Below are positions 1 through 10,819 of a DNA stretch of 64,000 nucleotides, piece after piece. The DNA lies in NCBI GenBank assembly GCA_965203315.1, contig OZ241857.1, positions 1,824,001 to 1,888,000 of the forward strand, read 5' to 3'. Made by a program: the position numbers and the translations under genes. Within the stretch, counting starts at the first letter, position 1. Each line of letters opens with the position of its first letter. Origin of the DNA: Nitrosopumilus sp. Its GTDB lineage: Archaea > Thermoproteota > Nitrososphaeria > Nitrososphaerales > Nitrosopumilaceae. The notes under the pieces are model-generated. The model did no database searches, had not been told where the DNA came from, and saw only the letters and a program-made list of their open reading frames with translations.

Positions 1-1
1 T

Positions 2-283
2 CCCGCAATTACAGAGAGAGATGATCCACAGCGTGTCGACTTTGATAAATTAGCCGAGATCACAGACGGTCTTAGTGGTGCAGATACCGCATCCATTGCA
101 AATACAGCTGTATCACTCATCATACACGAATTTTTAGATACACATCCAGACGTCAAAGATGTAGAAAAGAAGAGTATCGATGCCAAGGTTGCAATGAAAC
201 ACTTTGAAGAAGCAATAAAGAAGGTAAGAGAACAAAAAGATCTAAAGATAGGCGAAAAACTAGTAGCATCATATTATAGATAG
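2..283 (+). CDS. C-terminal end of CDC48/VCP-family AAA ATPase (5' truncated by window edge)
   Basis: Manual translation from nt 2: ...VDFDKLAEITDGLSGADTASIANTAV...AMKHFEEAIKKVREQK...YYR*, the AAA lid of CDC48 proteins. Confidence 0.85.
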   Translation, partial: PAITERDDPQRVDFDKLAEITDGLSGADTASIANTAVSLIIHEFLDTHPDVKDVEKKSIDAKVAMKHFEEAIKKVREQKDLKIGEKLVASYYR

Positions 284-350
284 AATCTACAAACTAGATT
301 CAAACACGTTGATTTTGAACAAATGTTCAGTCTGGATAATACAAGAACAG

Positions 351-360
351 TTTTAATAAA
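351..360 (+). promoter_or_regulatory. Putative TATA box for gatD
   Basis: TTTTAATAAA about 25-30 nt upstream of ATG at 383, the spacing typical of leaderless archaeal transcripts. Confidence 0.4.
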
Positions 361-382
361 ATATCAATCGTATCTTGTACAC

Positions 383-1672
383 ATGTCACAGAGTTACAAG
401 GGACGAGCGTCAGAGTTTCTAGCAGATAACAACATATCGATTGGAGACACTGTCAAGATTGTCTCAGATATCACATATTATGGAATAGTGATGCCCAGAT
501 ATGAAAAAGGAGATGAATGTCATCTGGTTTTAAAATTAAAGAGTGGATACAACGTTGGCATAGACATATCAGAGCTGCAAAACGTTACCAAGGTCGTATC
601 AGATGCTAGAACAGTCGATACTACAAAAGATAGTATAAACAAGACAAAAGATACAAAGGTATTACCAAAGATTCTGTTGTTGTCGACTGGGGGAACAATT
701 GCAAGCAAGATCGACTATCGTACAGGCGCAGTAACGCCACTACTAACAGCTCAGCAACTAAACTCTTCTGTCCCCGAGTTGACAGAGATGGCAGATATCC
801 ACACAGAGAGTGTACTAGCTAAATACTCTGAAAATATGACGACACGTGATTGGATAGAGATTGCGACAGAGATAAACAGTTATGCAGAGTCTGACTATGA
901 TGGAGTCATAGTAACACATGGAACAGATACCATGCATTATACATCAGCATTTCTCTCATTTGCTCTAGCAGGATTTCCAATCCCAATAGTTCTAGTCGGA
1001 TCACAACGATCATCGGATCGTGCATCGTCTGATGCAGCACTAAATCTGATAGGAGCTGTTAGGTTTATTGTAAAGTCACACGTACAAGGCGTCTATATCG
1101 CAATGCATCAAGACGAGAATGACAACAACATAGCATGTCATATAGGGACACGAGTTAGAAAGAGTCATACTAGCAGACGGGGAGCTTTTCAAACTATAGG
1201 TGATGAACCTGCATTTGTTGTAACAGATGATACCATACAAAAAAACATGACAACTGACTTTTACTCAACATCGTTCAAGCCAGAGATCTGTATAGATGAC
1301 AGGGTTGCACTAGTAAAGTATCATCCTGGTTATGATCCCAAGATCATCGACAGTCTAGTAGATATCGGATATCGTGGAGTAATATTCGAAGGCACAGGAT
1401 TGGGCCATGTAGGCGATACACTATATGATTCTATAAGGCGAGCAAGAGAGAGAGGTGTGTTTTTTGGCATGACATCACAGTGTATCGATGGACGTACATG
1501 TATGACAGTATATGAGAGTGGTCGAGATCTGTTAGACCTAGGCATAGTACCGCTAGCCAACATGATTCCAGAGGTTGCACTAGTAAAGGCAATGTGGGCC
1601 ATGGGATATCATGATAATAATGATATCAGAGATATCATGTTGAGAGAGATTGCGTCGGAGATGAGACATTGA
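383..1672 (+). CDS. gatD: Glu-tRNA(Gln) amidotransferase subunit D
   Basis: Asparaginase motifs TGGTIAS, HGTDTM, GSQRSSDR plus N-terminal KLKSGYNVG domain; start moved to ATG 383; coupled to gatE. Confidence 0.96.
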   Translation: MSQSYKGRASEFLADNNISIGDTVKIVSDITYYGIVMPRYEKGDECHLVLKLKSGYNVGIDISELQNVTKVVSDARTVDTTKDSINKTKDTKVLPKILLLSTGGTIASKIDYRTGAVTPLLTAQQLNSSVPELTEMADIHTESVLAKYSENMTTRDWIEIATEINSYAESDYDGVIVTHGTDTMHYTSAFLSFALAGFPIPIVLVGSQRSSDRASSDAALNLIGAVRFIVKSHVQGVYIAMHQDENDNNIACHIGTRVRKSHTSRRGAFQTIGDEPAFVVTDDTIQKNMTTDFYSTSFKPEICIDDRVALVKYHPGYDPKIIDSLVDIGYRGVIFEGTGLGHVGDTLYDSIRRARERGVFFGMTSQCIDGRTCMTVYESGRDLLDLGIVPLANMIPEVALVKAMWAMGYHDNNDIRDIMLREIASEMRH

Positions 1673-3597
1673 CATTTACCATAAACGATATTGGAGTAAA
1701 GGTAGGACTAGAGATACATCAACAGCTTGCAACAGGCAAGAAACTCTTTTGTAATTGCAGACCAGCCGAGAATGAAGAGTATGACATATCATTCCATCGA
1801 AGGTTACGAATTACAAAGAGTGAGTTGGGCGAGTATGATCCTGCTGCACTCTTTGAGAGTTCGAGATCACGACGTATAACATACTATGCAAACAGTCAGA
1901 GCAGTTGTCTAGTAGAGTATGACGAAGAACCACCTCATGAACTAGACTCTGATGCAAAAGAGATATCATTGATGATATCTGCCACACTACACTCAAAGAT
2001 CTTTGACGAGATATATCCTATGAGAAAGACTGTAGTAGACGGCTCAAATACTAGTGGTTTTCAGCGCACGATGTTGATCTCACAAGGAGGATACTATGAT
2101 GTTGGAGATGTGAGGATCGGTATCCAATCCATATGTCTAGAAGAGGATGCAGCAAAGAATCTAGGAGAGAGAGATGAATCTAGAGAGTTTGGTTTAGGTC
2201 GGCTGGGTATACCTTTGGTAGAGATTGCGACCGAACCCTTTGACGCAAACATGGATACCATCAAGGATATTGCACTAGGTCTAGGAAGAATACTACGTAG
2301 TACGAAAAAGGTGAGACGTGGTTTAGGATCTATACGACAGGACGTCAATGTATCCATACGTGATGGCAAAGTTGTGATCGAGGTCAAAGGAGTGCAACAG
2401 TTGGATCAGCTACGACGAGTAATCGAATATGAAGCAAAGAGACAAGACGGATTGTTACAGATATCAGATAGGTTGAGACAGATAGAGTGGACAGCACCAT
2501 CAGCAATAGACATTACCGAGACTCTACTAGATTGCAAATCCAAGATAGTACAAAAGGCACTAGACAACAAGCAGAGAATAGTAGGTATATCGTTTAAGAA
2601 TATGAGTAAAATATTTGGGTTTGAGCCACATGCCAATATACGACTAGGAAGAGAGATTGCCGAGTTGGTACGAGTATTTGGGATTGGTGGTATATTCCAC
2701 TCTGATGAGCTACCAAACTATGGCATAACTCAGAGCGATCTAGACAAGGTAAAGGATATCTTGGAGATACAAGATGCAGACGGTTTTCTAATCTTGGCAA
2801 CTCCGGAACAAAAGATGCAGATACTAGTACAGCAGATCATCAGACGAATCGACTATATTCGATTACACGGTATACCCGCAGATACAAGGATGGCAACTCT
2901 GGACGGAGAGACCAGATTCTTACGACCAAGACCGGGATCAGCCAGAATGTATCCAGAGACAGATGTACCGCCGTGGACAATATCGGATGAGGATAGAGAG
3001 ATGGCAACTCGATCGATCCCCAAATCGTGGGACGAGTCTATAAAAGACATTCAAACAAGACATGGACTCAATCTGCAGCTTGCATCTCAGATATTTGACT
3101 CTAGATATATTGAATTATTTGATACAATCATACAAAAGACCAAGATCAGCCCAACGTTTGTTGCGTCAATATTGTGTTCGACAATAACAAATCTAGAACG
3201 AGAAGGATTGGACTCGAGTCTTTTAACAGATACAGAGATAGTCAAAGCCTTTGAGTTTCTAGAGCTTGGTACAATTGCAAAAGAGTCCATAGATATCATC
3301 TTTCGTGATATCATGTCCAACAAATCAGACAGTATAGAATCTGCAATAAAGAATACAACACTAGAGACGATATCTGAGAATGAGATTGAACAGATCATTG
3401 CAGATATTGTAGACAATAACGAACAATTGGTTCAAAAGATGCAAGGACGTGCCATGGGACCACTTATGGGCATAGTTATGAAACAACTACGTGGTAAAGC
3501 ATCAGGTCAAACAATAAACGAGATTCTACAAAAAAGGATCAATGCAAAACTAGAACAAGTTGGCGCACGACATGGACGTAATTACTTCCAATCGTAG
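1669..3597 (+). CDS. gatE: Glu-tRNA(Gln) amidotransferase subunit E
   Basis: KVGLEIHQQL, DGSNTSGFQRT, RGLGSIRQDVNVSI, RPGSARMYPETD motifs. Confidence 0.97.
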   Translation: MTFTINDIGVKVGLEIHQQLATGKKLFCNCRPAENEEYDISFHRRLRITKSELGEYDPAALFESSRSRRITYYANSQSSCLVEYDEEPPHELDSDAKEISLMISATLHSKIFDEIYPMRKTVVDGSNTSGFQRTMLISQGGYYDVGDVRIGIQSICLEEDAAKNLGERDESREFGLGRLGIPLVEIATEPFDANMDTIKDIALGLGRILRSTKKVRRGLGSIRQDVNVSIRDGKVVIEVKGVQQLDQLRRVIEYEAKRQDGLLQISDRLRQIEWTAPSAIDITETLLDCKSKIVQKALDNKQRIVGISFKNMSKIFGFEPHANIRLGREIAELVRVFGIGGIFHSDELPNYGITQSDLDKVKDILEIQDADGFLILATPEQKMQILVQQIIRRIDYIRLHGIPADTRMATLDGETRFLRPRPGSARMYPETDVPPWTISDEDREMATRSIPKSWDESIKDIQTRHGLNLQLASQIFDSRYIELFDTIIQKTKISPTFVASILCSTITNLEREGLDSSLLTDTEIVKAFEFLELGTIAKESIDIIFRDIMSNKSDSIESAIKNTTLETISENEIEQIIADIVDNNEQLVQKMQGRAMGPLMGIVMKQLRGKASGQTINEILQKRINAKLEQVGARHGRNYFQS

Positions 3598-6500
3598 ACT
3601 ATCCATCGAAACTGTTCTTGAGGAATCTTTTCTATAGAGTTGCTGTAAAGTTTTGCAGGGTTTTGCTTGCACGTTATCTTTGGATCATCAAATACATCTT
3701 CGACGATATAAAGCCAATACTCTTCTTGCAATCGCAATGCAGTCTGCCATTCATGATCCGTCAACATTATACTACCAGATCTTTTGTGTGATTTAACTTC
3801 AATCTTTCTGTCAAAAGACTCGACATCATATCCACAATTCTTTTTAGAACAATCTACAACTTGTTTAGATAGTGTATCGTCTGTTGCTCTATCTCGCTCA
3901 TACTGGAGTACTGCCTTCATTCCTGCTTCATCAATGCGTATTCTAATATCTGCTCCAGACTTGGAAGTGACTTGAGCGATGCCTATTAGATCAATCTTTA
4001 CACTAGTTTGAAATTGCTCTTGAATTCTCTTTTTATCGATATCGGCTTTCTTGATTAGGTCTTGGATCTTGGCTCTCTTGGATTTTATGATCTTTTCGAC
4101 ATGTGGACTAGTGTTCTCTGGTTCTAGTTCACGTATTCTAGATTCATGATCTTCTATCTTTTGGACATAGTGATCTCGACAGATCGATACAGTCTTTTCT
4201 TTGATTTTATCTAGAGTGTCACTAGTTTTTTTTCGCTCTTCTTCTGCAAGATCATTTATGGTAGGAGTAATTCTCTGAATTGCACTTGTGACAAAATCGA
4301 TGTTTATTTTCTTATCAGATTCGTCATAATCCCATATACTTCTACTATCAACTTGATATATCTCACCATCAGACTGTTCAAACAAAGATATGATTTTGGT
4401 AGAGCGCTGTTGTAGTTGAGAGTCAGTGACGGTAACCTTGTAGATACATAATATTCCATCTTGAGTCTCATGAGATAGTGCTGCAACATGGTCTGATGAT
4501 GCATTCCAAAGCATCTTTTCGATATCTTTATTTCCAAGTGCTAGATACTGTATTGACTCTTTCTCTGAGGTATTAGCATCAAAGGTGCCTATTATTTCAC
4601 CGATATCAAGTTCTCTAGCTAGTCGTTCAGAGAGACGAATCTTGTATTTGTTGTCAGTACCGTTACTAGTACTGCTAATGGTGTCCATCTTACCACCGGT
4701 CATCTCGACAAACGTTTGTACGAATCGTTTTACTTCATCTATGGTCACAGCTGACTCCCTTATCTTGTGAATATCATCAATCTTTGTTGCATCTAGTCGA
4801 TTTCCTTCTAGCAGTGTGTCTCTCTTTCTTAATATCTCTGTACGGTTGGACTCGATTGTAGATAATTCTGCATTGATCTTTGGCTCCCATTCATCCTTTG
4901 GTATCTCTCTCAATTCGTCATAGTATCGTCCTAGATCATCTGGACCTATTAACATTCCTATGATATCATAGACTTTATCGCCAATGGCGTTCTTTATCTG
5001 TTCAATCTTTTCAAGTAGTTTATTCATGATGTAACCGTCGATTGTCGATTCCGAATCTACTACAAAATTATGATAAAATACATTTTGGTCTTGGCCAATT
5101 CTGTGTATTCTGCCCATTCGCTGTTCTAATTTGTTGGGGTTCCATGGTATATCATAGTTTATCTCGACATTGCAGAACTGCATGTCGATTCCTTCCCCAG
5201 CTGCATCTGTACATAGTATGATCTCGTATCCTTTGGGATCTTTGAATTTTTCTAGTGCTTCTTGGCGTTCTGTAATCTTCATGGTACCATCTATCTTGCC
5301 AACTTTGTAATCGAGAGACTCTGTCAGATGGTTTAGTGTATCTCGATATTCTGTAAAGACCACTAGTTTGGCGCTAGGCATATCAGTCTTGAGTTGTCTG
5401 ATAAACTCTTGCAGTCTAGATAATTTAGAATCATAGTCAAGTGACTCTAGACAAGAGATGATCTCATTCAGGACGATCTTTTCTTCTCTGATATCAGATA
5501 TTGTAAAGCCATCATATCCTTGTACGTCTTCGAACTCGAAATCATCTTCGAACATTTTAGATTGTATTTTGGAGACATCAAAGTCTTCTGTTCCAAGTTT
5601 GTATATTCTACGCTTTAGAGATATCTCTAGCGCGGCTAGTGAAGAACTAGCTCTCTTTCTGTATATGTGTTGTAAGAATCTTATCATATTTGCTTCCTGA
5701 GGAGTCTTTACTTTTGATGCTAGAAAATTAAAGTAATTTTCCAATAGTTGCATTATATGGAGTTCCTTGTCTTTGAGAGGAATGTTTACTGTTTTGCTGG
5801 TTCTGCTTGGAAATATAGATTTTCCTTCAATATCTATGACCTCTTCTTTGATTGTACGTGTCCAAAGATGTGAGGCGGTACTGATATCGGTGACAAAGTT
5901 GTCCAATAACTTTAATCGCTCAATAAAGTCATCATCGTCTCCATCGTGTGGAGTTGCAGTAAGTAACATCAAATGATTTGTCTTTGCTGCTAGATGTTTC
6001 CCAAGAGCAAGTCTAGCAGTCTTTCTTCTCATCTTGTGTGCTTCATCGATGACAACAATATCAAACTCTTCGGTTAGTCTATCAATTACGTGCTCTTGTT
6101 TTAGGTAATCTATAGAGGTTACAAAAGAGAATTCATCTGTAAATAGCTCTGGATTGTATCTAACATATTCACTATTGAGAATTGTTGTTGGAATGTCAAA
6201 TCGCTCTTGTAATTCATTCTTCCATTTTATTTGCAGAGACTTTGGTACCACAAATAAGAGTCGTTTTGCTAGTCCACGCGCACGTAACTCTGATACAATC
6301 AGTGCGGCAATTATTGTCTTTCCTAGTCCTACCTCGTCTGCGATTAGTATTCTCGAGTTGTCTAGTCCCCAGATCACTTCGTTTATCTGATGTGGAAATA
6401 TCTGAATCTTGGTTGATGTTGCGAGTACATATGGATTGAACCTGTATTCCGAATATAGTCTTTGAGCATCCATCCCTAAAACAAAGTCCAAGTGAGAACT

Positions 6501-6665
6501 GGTTATGTTTTTAGTTAACTTTGATATTGGATCATACATCATGCTAACTCTGTTATAGTCATACCATTTTGTTCCGAGATTCATAAATACCTGTATTGAT
6601 TTACCTTGAATATTCTTGATCATTCCATCACCATCAGGTGTGGATACTCTATCGCCTACTTCCAT
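3582..6665 (-). CDS. SNF2-family helicase with C-terminal DUF3883 (PD-(D/E)xK) nuclease; restriction-like system subunit
   Basis: ADEVGLGKT, DEAH, TATP, TDAAGEGID, EQRMGRIHRIGQ; C-terminal GYDVES..IEVK..LTDHEW..YWLYIV. Confidence 0.9.
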   Translation of the reverse strand: MEVGDRVSTPDGDGMIKNIQGKSIQVFMNLGTKWYDYNRVSMMYDPISKLTKNITSSHLDFVLGMDAQRLYSEYRFNPYVLATSTKIQIFPHQINEVIWGLDNSRILIADEVGLGKTIIAALIVSELRARGLAKRLLFVVPKSLQIKWKNELQERFDIPTTILNSEYVRYNPELFTDEFSFVTSIDYLKQEHVIDRLTEEFDIVVIDEAHKMRRKTARLALGKHLAAKTNHLMLLTATPHDGDDDDFIERLKLLDNFVTDISTASHLWTRTIKEEVIDIEGKSIFPSRTSKTVNIPLKDKELHIMQLLENYFNFLASKVKTPQEANMIRFLQHIYRKRASSSLAALEISLKRRIYKLGTEDFDVSKIQSKMFEDDFEFEDVQGYDGFTISDIREEKIVLNEIISCLESLDYDSKLSRLQEFIRQLKTDMPSAKLVVFTEYRDTLNHLTESLDYKVGKIDGTMKITERQEALEKFKDPKGYEIILCTDAAGEGIDMQFCNVEINYDIPWNPNKLEQRMGRIHRIGQDQNVFYHNFVVDSESTIDGYIMNKLLEKIEQIKNAIGDKVYDIIGMLIGPDDLGRYYDELREIPKDEWEPKINAELSTIESNRTEILRKRDTLLEGNRLDATKIDDIHKIRESAVTIDEVKRFVQTFVEMTGGKMDTISSTSNGTDNKYKIRLSERLARELDIGEIIGTFDANTSEKESIQYLALGNKDIEKMLWNASSDHVAALSHETQDGILCIYKVTVTDSQLQQRSTKIISLFEQSDGEIYQVDSRSIWDYDESDKKINIDFVTSAIQRITPTINDLAEEERKKTSDTLDKIKEKTVSICRDHYVQKIEDHESRIRELEPENTSPHVEKIIKSKRAKIQDLIKKADIDKKRIQEQFQTSVKIDLIGIAQVTSKSGADIRIRIDEAGMKAVLQYERDRATDDTLSKQVVDCSKKNCGYDVESFDRKIEVKSHKRSGSIMLTDHEWQTALRLQEEYWLYIVEDVFDDPKITCKQNPAKLYSNSIEKIPQEQFRWIVYDWK

Positions 6666-7744
6666 TTATCCATACGAGATTGATTCTCGTCCCCCATGAG
6701 TTTCTTGGTTCTTTTTTTACGATCTTTAGACAATCGCCCGTTAGACTGTTGCACAACACCAACACTTAATCCCATGTGATCAGCAATCATTTTTAAGATT
6801 CTGTAGTCCTCATTATCTTGTGGTGTAAAAGCATAGTTTTGATTCTTTTTTAAATCATGATTTTTAATTAGTAGATTCACTATCGGTTTTAAATCTAGTT
6901 CTTTAATATTATCATGATGTAATAGTTGAGTAATATTTGATTCATTAGATACAACATAGCTCAATTGTTGATACAAATTTTTTGGATCAATATCCTCAGG
7001 GCCGTACTCAATATTTTTTTTTAGTTTTTTTAGATAGATATTATTACCATTTTGGTCAATTATGTCACTGTTGATTAATACTTCTAGATTTGTATTATAT
7101 GCTCTAACAAACATTAATGCATTATCTACCGGCATTTGACCATTACTAAATATTTTACATAAAACATAAAAAGACATTTTTGGACCTATTATATCAGACT
7201 GTTTTTTTAATAATTTTACGATTAATTGCTTTATTATAGATTCCCGAGCATCCTTTATAAGTGTCTCAAAATTCGGCGTAAAGTCTTTTGCATAGCTTTT
7301 AAGTATTGTATGTTGGGTAGAAATCTCCAACACTTTGCCATAAACCATAATCAATAGATCAGTGATAGATGTTTCCAAGAGTCTTTTTTCTGGGATATCG
7401 TCAAGAATTTTTACTATGCTATCATCTATGGCAGGAATTAGATCTTCAAAATATCTCACAGAGTCATTCAATATCTTTCTGCAACTAATAACTATCGAAG
7501 ACATAAAGGAAGCCTTGTCTCGTGCAAGAACATTTGTGGCCATTTCTGTATGTATTGCATAGCTTGAAACAATTTGTAGTTTAGCCTCTTGAATTGCTAT
7601 AAGAAATTGATTCCATACATCAGTACTAGAATGTGAAAAAAGAATTACCGCTAATCCATCATCTTTGAGTTTACTTGCTATGGCCTTGAATGACTTTTTT
7701 AGCCCATTACCAAAAAACATCTTCGCGTCCTGTACATTAGACAT
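6656..7744 (-). pseudogene. DUF1156 adenine methyltransferase, C-terminal fragment (downstream of IS insertion)
   Basis: LKDDGLAVILFSHSS..W..YAIHTEM..SSIVISCRK; joins the 5' fragment in frame once the IS and one TSD are removed. Confidence 0.85.
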
Positions 7745-9271
7745 TATGCGTTAGTCGTTTTGACCGAAACACTTAGATCGTAGGTCTAAAAATAGCAATC
7801 ATTGAGTCAAAAAACTAGTACGTCAAACGGACAAATACTGTGTCTCCAGCAAAGAGTAAAAGAGTTAGAGCAGACTGTTAGTGAACTAGAGCAACAACGA
7901 GATACTGTTGCAGAACAACTCGACCAAGAGGCGAACAATAAACCTAATTTTTACAGACAGAAAACAGAAAAGGTTGATGATTTTTGTAAGAGGATCCTCT
8001 CCAAACCAACTACTTTGTATAAATTCACAAAAATGACGCCCAATCTATTCGCGCTGTATGAAAAAGAATACAAACAATACATCAAAGATGAATCAATTAG
8101 AGAGAGACGCAATGATCAACTCAACAAGAGACGTAAAGAGAAACTAGATGGTGAACCAAAGATACCACAATACTCTGGCGTTAATGTTGGACGAGGAAAG
8201 GTGTCAGTATTAAGCACAACAGCTGTCATGTTGATGGAGTTTATGTCTACTCGAGCTGGAATGACTCAAGATGTGATTGGGTCCATATTTGATATGAGTC
8301 AAAGCAATGTCTCTAGACATACTAGACATGTACGTAGATTCCTGAATCAATCTTGGACAAGACCAATAGATATAGCAGACCAGATCTCTAAATGTAAAAC
8401 ATTACAAGATCTACGAGAATGGATTCCTCGCTTAAAGACTGCAATTGATGGGACTCATTTCATAATCGATATACCATCAGATTCTCAGTTAGAAACGTGG
8501 TCAAGGTCTGGCAAACTAAAGAAACACACTTGTGTAATTCTAGTGATGGTGAACAAAGAAAAGCTGATCCTAACTATGAGTCCATTATACTATGGCAGTA
8601 CGCACGAGATAACCATACTCAAAGAGTGGAAATTGGGATTTGGTAAATGGGAAGACAAGATGAGAGATCCATCAACTCCACGTAAAGAGAGAATAAAGAT
8701 GCGTCAGGATTCTGCATACCAAGGTGGCGAGAGTGTATTTCCAGGAACAAACTTTATCGTACCATTCAAAAAACCTCGTGGCGGCGAGCTCACCAAAGAG
8801 CAGAAAGAGTTTAACCGAGATCACAGCTCAGAACGTGTAGTGGTTGAAAATTCCATAGGAATGATCAAGCAGTATCGTCACATGCAACAACAAATTGAAT
8901 GTGTTGAACCTGATTTAGAAAAAAGAATCGAAGAGGTAGCAGCACTTGTAAATGCAGGCATATTATGGGACAAAAGACGCGATCGACCGACCAAGAGATT
9001 TGACAAGCTGTTGCGTGCATATCATCGGCGTGCCAACAAATTGAGAAAGAGATACGGCTAAAACATCATAAATGCAATACAGGATACCATTATCTGTTTA
9101 TGATTTACTGTATTCCTGTACATTCGTGTACAATAACGCAACATTTTGACTGTATTTGCAAAGTTGAATGAGATATTCTAATTTTAGACACTTGTGTAAT
9201 GACGTTGACGCAATAACTTACGAATTTCAACCAGCTTTGGTATCGTTGAAAACGACTAACGCATAATGTCT
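7739..9271 (+). mobile_element. IS5-family (ISL2-like, DDE_Tnp_4) insertion sequence, 1533 bp
   Basis: Perfect 23-bp TIR AGACATTATGCGTTAGTCGTTTT (7739-7761 and 9249-9271); 3-bp TSD ATT (7736-7738, 9272-9274). Confidence 0.92.
7802..9061 (+). CDS. IS5-family DDE transposase
   Basis: HTH (MTQDVIGSIFDMSQSNVSRH); catalytic IDGT, QDSAYQG, RVVVENSIG; PFKKPRGGELT..QKEFNR. Confidence 0.9.
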   Translation: MSQKTSTSNGQILCLQQRVKELEQTVSELEQQRDTVAEQLDQEANNKPNFYRQKTEKVDDFCKRILSKPTTLYKFTKMTPNLFALYEKEYKQYIKDESIRERRNDQLNKRRKEKLDGEPKIPQYSGVNVGRGKVSVLSTTAVMLMEFMSTRAGMTQDVIGSIFDMSQSNVSRHTRHVRRFLNQSWTRPIDIADQISKCKTLQDLREWIPRLKTAIDGTHFIIDIPSDSQLETWSRSGKLKKHTCVILVMVNKEKLILTMSPLYYGSTHEITILKEWKLGFGKWEDKMRDPSTPRKERIKMRQDSAYQGGESVFPGTNFIVPFKKPRGGELTKEQKEFNRDHSSERVVVENSIGMIKQYRHMQQQIECVEPDLEKRIEEVAALVNAGILWDKRRDRPTKRFDKLLRAYHRRANKLRKRYG

Positions 9272-10819
9272 ATTATTAAATCGACCTGGGCTTTCACAAT
9301 AATCTTCATCGAGTGGAACTCTAGATGGGAGTTTGTGATATTCAGAAAGAATCCTATAAACCCATACATAAAAAAATTCTGATATTTCTCCATATTGAAC
9401 GTCATTACCATACGGAGGATCAGTAATTATTAAATCGTATTTTTCATTAGATATTTGTGTGACAGATTCATTTTTACAATTTGCTGTGTAGTTTAGCTTT
9501 GATACAAATCTAATGGATTTATATATAGAATTAATAATATTTGGAATGCTACCACTAATTTTTTCAAATGGATTCGATTCAGCAAAATTATATACAATTC
9601 GTGGTTGTCTCATACTTAAAACACCTCTTTGTAATTCTGCTACAATCGTCCAATGAACTCCAAATCCAGATTGATCTACTCTTTTTGCAAGAAGAAATGA
9701 CAAATATGTTGCAATTATTTCACGATCTGATTTTTTAGATATTTTGGAGCAAACGTTTTTAATATTTTGGAGCATGGTACAAAGTACCAACATTTGACGT
9801 GGATCAAAATATTGATCCCAGGTAGTTATACCATAGTTCCATAAAGCGTTATTTCTGCTATAATTAGCTAAAATATCTTCATTAGGAATAATATTGTTCA
9901 TTTCAAATTCTTTACGTTTTCGCTCAAACATTTTTTTAGCATCTTTGTATTGCTGTTTATCTTCACTTGTAGGCAGAATATATTCTTTGTTTTTTCCAAT
10001 CTGAATCTGTATTGCGATCATTTCACGATCTTTATATTTTTGAATGTCACTTACGACTGCATCATACAATATTGTGTTTGTACATGAGATGCAAACTGCC
10101 TTTCCTAGTTTTTGTGTGTAACTCTTGCCATCATGTTCAGAAATATTATCAACTAATTCTATTTTGAAATCTTTATTTTTAGGAATTATTTTTATTCCAA
10201 GTGTCTTTTTTGGTTTTTTAACAATATACATATGATTTGTGAGTGGAAATCTTTGTTGGCAATAAGGGCAACGTATACACCACGACCAAAGATATACAGT
10301 TGACGATTTTCTAAAAAACCTACTTAAAGATTCTTTTGTATCATCAAGTACAATATTTGCATATTTCTTAAAGTCATCGCAAAGATTTGATTCATACTGT
10401 TCAGGATATACAAGAATAGCTTTTTCTATTTGAGATGCAAGTGGGTTATAATCAGACACTGTGACATCAAACCCCAATTGTACAGCAGGGAACATTAGAT
10501 TTCCAGATCCTCCAAATGGATCTAAAACTTTGATAGATTTAGGATCAATGTTAAGCTTTTGCTTAAAATCAGAAATATTTGGATTGTAATCAAATGGTTT
10601 CTCCTGATCTAAACCTAAAAACTGCTCAACATCGGAAATATTATTAAAACAACAAGAAAGCATAATTGCCCTACCAACTATTAATGGCTTTTTAGTCCAC
10701 CATGCCATCATCTGAGTAATGCTAGGTGCAGTTTGTTTCTCTTTTTTTGATGCATTGCCAACACGATTGAAAAACTCTAGTACGTTTATGTTTGCGTCTT
10801 CGATTACTGCATGCTTCAA
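9227..10819 (-). pseudogene. DUF1156 adenine methyltransferase, N-terminal fragment
   Basis: WW-x-KKPL motif, motif I DPFGGSG, CPYC/CISC Zn ligands, motif IV TDPPY; last 14 residues derive from the IS end. Confidence 0.88.

Noticed and set aside
3540-3600. att site (tRNA-Leu 3' duplicate) at the left island boundary
   Set aside because: No match to the tRNA 3' end found and no integrase present
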